NCBI RefSeq assembly: GCF_044704955.1
Contig: NW_027254445.1
Location: forward strand, 186,001 to 250,000
DNA: 64,000 nt
Direction of reading: 5' to 3'
From: Pristiophorus japonicus
Taxonomy: Eukaryota
A program made the position numbers and the translations under genes. The first letter of the stretch is position 1; the number at the start of each line of letters is the position of its first letter. The notes under the pieces were generated by a model. It did not search any database, had not been told where the DNA came from, and worked only from the letters and a program-made list of their open reading frames with translations. Below, in pieces: positions 59,848 through 64,000 of the stretch.

Positions 59848-61277
59848 CATAGAAACATAGAAACCTACAGCACGGAAGGAGGCCATTCCGACCCATCGTG
59901 TCCGTGCCGGCCGACAAAGATCCACACGGCCCTCGGTCAGCAGCCCTGAAGGTTACAGATAAACCTATGAACAATGTGGAAAATCTAAAAAGCCTAACCA
60001 GTCCACCCCCACACAACCGCGACACCCCTTTCACCGAAGCATTCTATATCCCACCCCAACCGGAGACAGGTGATCTCCTGAGCGAGGCAAAAACCAGATT
60101 TTAAAATCCAGGCCAATTGTGGAAAAACAAATCTGGGAAAATTCTTCTCCGACCCATCCAGGCGATCGAAACTTGTCCCGGAGATCACCCTGGCCATATT
60201 CGATTCCCTGCAGTATTTGCCATCTTATCTGCGCCATCCAACAAGAGGTTATCCAGTCTAATCCCACTTAGCAGCTGTAGTTCCGTAACCCTGCAGATTA
60301 CGGCACTTTTAAGTGCCCATCCAAGCACCTTTTAAATGTGGTGAAGGTTTCTGTATCTGTTACGCTCATAAGAAAGTGATACAATTGAGTACTGTATGCA
60401 ATGAGTAAGTGTGACCCTAGCTCCTTTAATTAAACTCCAGAGTGTCGGTACAGCATGGGAGGCCTGCTTATATACAGTGCTCCCAAGGGATGCTGGGATT
60501 CCTTGGGACTCCAAACAGGTAGGCCCTCTGCTGGTGGTATGATACAGGTTGCCAAGAGTTACATACATAACAGTATCCACCACCCTTCGGGCATTGAGTT
60601 CCAGACCCCCATAACCCTCTGAGTGAATAAGCCTCCCCTCAAATCCCCTCAGAACCTTCCACCAACCACCTTAAAACTAAGCCCGCTCGTAATTGACTCC
60701 TCAACCAAGGGAAATAGTTCCTTGGTCTCCACTATATCCAGGCCCCTCAAAATGTTATACACCTCAATGAGGTCTCCTCTCGACCTCCTCTGTTCCAAAT
60801 GAGAACAAACCTAGCCTATCCAATCATTTCTCATAGCTAAAATTCTCCAGTCCAGGCAACATCCTCATAAATCTCCTCTGAAGCCTCTAGTGCAATCATA
60901 TCTTTCCTGTAATGGGGTGACCAGAACTGCACGCAGTACTCCAGCTGTGGCCTAACTAGTGTTTTATACAGTTCAAGCATAGCCTTCCTGCTCTTGTATT
61001 CTATGCCTCGGTTAACAAAGGCAAGTATTCCGTGTGCCTTCTTAACCACCTGGCCTGCTATCTTCAGTGATCTGTGGACATGCACTCCTAGGTCCCTCTG
61101 TTCCTCTACACCCTTGTGTCCTACCATTTATTGTGTATTCCCTTGCCTTGTTGGCCATCCTCAAATGCATTACTTCACACTTCTCCGGAATGAATTCCAT
61201 TTGCCACTTTTCTGCCCACCTGACCAGTTTATTGATATCTTCCTGAAGTCTACAACTTCCTTCTTCATTATCAACTA
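59848..61277 (-). mobile_element. CR1 3' portion (second subfamily)
   Basis: (CATAGAAA)n tail at 59848; VRPQLEYCVQFWSPH. Confidence 0.85.
60358..60572 (-). repeat. Gypsy solo LTR
   Basis: TGTTA...TAACA, 215 bp, 5-bp TSD GTATC; related to the LTR at 61278. Confidence 0.9.
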
Positions 61278-64000
61278 TGTTATATATGTAAACTTGTATT
61301 TACTCTACAGCCACCAGAGGGCTTATCCCCTGGAGTCCCAAGGGATCCCTTAATCCCTTCGGAACACAGGTATTTAAGGAGGCCTCACAGGTTGGAGAGG
61401 CACTCGGGAGACTTGCAATAAAAGACTAAGGTCACATTTTACTTTGAGCTCACAGTGTTCAATCTGACTCTTTCTCCATACATAACTACTGGCGACGAGA
61501 TACAGATAGCGAACCCAAAGATGCAGAGAACTGGGCATCCTGGAGAAATTCTCGGAGGGAGATGATTGGGAAACTTTTGTGGAGTGACTCGACCAATACT
61601 TCGTGGCCAACGAGCTAGATGGGGAAGAGAACGCTGCCAAATGAAGGGCAATCCTCCTCACCGTCTGGGGCACCAACGTATGACCTCGTGAAGAATCTGC
61701 TCACCCCAGCGAAACCCACGGAGAAATCGTACGATGATTTGTGCACACTGGTCCGAGAGCATTTGAACCCGAAGGAAGATGTTCCAATGGCGAGGTACCG
61801 GTTCTACAGCGACAAAAGGTCTGAAGGCCAGGAAGTGGCGAAATATGTCTCCGAGCTAAGACGCCTTGCAGGACATTGCGAATTTGAAGGACATTTGGAG
61901 CACATGCTCTGAGACTTTTTCATATTTGGCATTGGCCACGAAAACCATACTTCGCAAACTTTTGACTGTAGAGACCCCAACCTTGAGTAAGGCCATAGCG
62001 ATAGCCCAGGAGTTCATTGCCACCAGTGACAATACGAAGCAAATCTCTCAGCACACAAGTGCTGCTACAAGTACAAGCAAATCTCTCAGCACACAAGTGC
62101 TGCTACAAGTACTGTAAACAAAGCAATGTTGTTTTTGAATCGTAATGTACAGGGCAGGTCACACACACCTGCAGCTGCACGTCCACAGATGTCTGAATCC
62201 ACCATCGAGGGTGATGAATGCAAGGCCATTAACACCTTGTTGGCACTGCGGGGGTAATCATCTTTTCCATTCATGCCAATTCAAAAAGTACGTTTGCAAG
62301 GGCTGTGGAACAATGGGACACCTCCAACGAGTGTGCAGGTGAGCTGCAAATCCTGTCAAACTTGCAAACTACCATGTTGCAGAGGAGGACGGATCAACGG
62401 AGGATCACGACGAACCAGAGTCTCAGACCGAAGACTCAGGTATATGGGGTGCACACATTTACCATGAAGTGTCCCCCGATAATGCTGAATGTTGAACTAA
62501 ATGAACTCCCGGTGTCAATGGAGCTGGACACGGGCGTGAGCCAGTCCATCATGGGCAAAAAGACTTTCGAAAGATTGTGGTGCAACAAGGCCTCATGGCC
62601 AGTTTTAACTCAAGTTTGCATGAAACTAAGAACTTAAACAAAATAACTTATTCCTGTAATCGGCAGTGCTACCGTATAGGTCTCCTATGATGGAGCAGTG
62701 CGCAAGCTACCACTCTGGGTGGTACCAGGCAATGGTCCCACCCTGCTTAGCAGAAGCTGGCTGGGAACGACATGCTGGAACTTGGACAACGTCCGAGCGC
62801 TATCGCCTGCTGACGACACTTCGTGTGCCCAGGTATTAAACAAGTTTCCTTTGCTGTTTGAACCAGGCATCGGGAAATTCCAAGGAGCAAAAGTGCAGAT
62901 CCACCTAATTCCGGGGGCTCAACCCATCCATCGCAAGGCGAGAGCAGTACCGTACATGATGAGAGAAAGGATAGAGATCGAGCTAGACCAGCTGCAAAGA
63001 GAGGGCATCATTTCACCGATCGACTTCAACGAGAGGGCCACTTCTATCGTCCCAGTCCTCAAAGGAGACAGCACGGTCAGAATCTGGCGATTACAAAGTA
63101 ACTATCAATCGTTGATCCCTGCAGGACCAATACCCACTACCAACGGCCGACGACCTCTTTGCAATGCTGGCGAGAGGAAAGACGTTCATGAAGCTGGATC
63201 TGATTTCAGCCTACATGACGTCTGATCTGGAGGAATCATCGAAGGCCCTCACCTGCATCAACACGCACATAGGTCTTTTTGTTTATAACACATGCCCATT
63301 TGGAATCCGATCAGCGGTGCCGATATTCCAGAGAAACATGGAAAGCTTACTGAAGTCGGTCCCACACACTGTGGTCTTCCAAGATGACATCTTGGTCACA
63401 GGTCGGAACACAGACGAGCATCTGTAGAACCTGGAGGAGGTTCTTAGTCGACTCAACCGCGTGGGGCTCAGGTTAAAATGCTTGAAGTGCATTTTCCTGG
63501 TGCCTGAAGTGGAGTTCTTGGGAAGGAGAATCACGGCAGGCGGCATCAGGCCCACCAACGCGAAGACGGAGGCAATCGAGAACGCACCGAAGCTACAGAA
63601 CGTGACGGAGCTGCGGTCGTTTCTGGGACTCCTGAACTACATTGGTAACTTCTTACCGGGTCTCAGCACACTGTTAGAACCATTGCATGTCTTACTACGA
63701 AAAGGGGACGAATGTGTTTGGGGCAAAAGCCAAGAAAATGCTTTTGTATAAGCGAGAAAATTGTTATGCTCAAACAAATTGCTTGTGTTGTATGATCCAT
63801 GTAAGCGTTTGGTACTGGCATGTGATTTCGGGAAACTGCAACCGGTTGCTTATGCATCCAGGAGTCTGTCTAAGGCTGAGAGAGCCGACAGCATGATTGA
63901 AAAAGAAGCGTTGCGTGTGTCTATGGGGTAAAGAAAATGCATCAATACCTGTTTGGGCTAAAATTCTAATTGGAAACTGACCATAAGCCACTTACATCCC
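61278..64000 (+). mobile_element. Decayed Gypsy element (5' LTR 61278-~61486, PBS at 61490, gag, pro, RT), running off the window
   Basis: TGGCGACGAG PBS; CWHCGGNH and CKGCGTMGH knuckles; ELDTG; FQDD; RSFLGLLNY. Confidence 0.93.

Noticed and set aside
62037-62113. 38-bp direct duplication in Gypsy gag
   Set aside because: Ordinary slippage duplication in a dead element

Overview
Eukaryotic, very repeat-dense genomic DNA, most likely from a cartilaginous fish. This is an inference from the CR1 LINEs with (TTTCTATG)n/(TTCTTATG)n tails, the RTE and L2 LINEs, the Harbinger and Gypsy elements, the epsilon-like ERVs and the antigen-receptor-type V exons. Most of the window is nested transposons. 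Three retrovirus-like elements stand out. (1) A + strand gag fragment with a perfect tRNA-Arg PBS. (2) A minus-strand ERV ('ERV-Leu', 3304-~11892) with a tRNA-Leu PBS, a 2H-phosphoesterase-like domain between protease and RT, and no RT catalytic core. (3) A young minus-strand tandem provirus ('ERV-Gln', 16110-29470; LTR-int-LTR-int-LTR inside one CCAC TSD) that lacks CA/NC/PR/RT but keeps an intact ATG-initiated RNase H-integrase ORF and an Env whose membrane anchor is frameshifted away. Between the repeats, and not resolved by the ORF track, are phase-compatible + strand exons of an immune-receptor gene: a Thr-rich linker exon (15473-15538), two germline-joined, RSS-less V-J Ig exons (29955-30303 and 43145-43487, each with one frameshift) and an ITIM exon (46408-46450). 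No TM or C1 exon was found, so this copy is probably a pseudogene. A CpG-island promoter with CDE/CHR, GC and CCAAT boxes and a 10-nt first coding exon lies at about 56290-56450. All of this was read by eye; many repeat boundaries are approximate.
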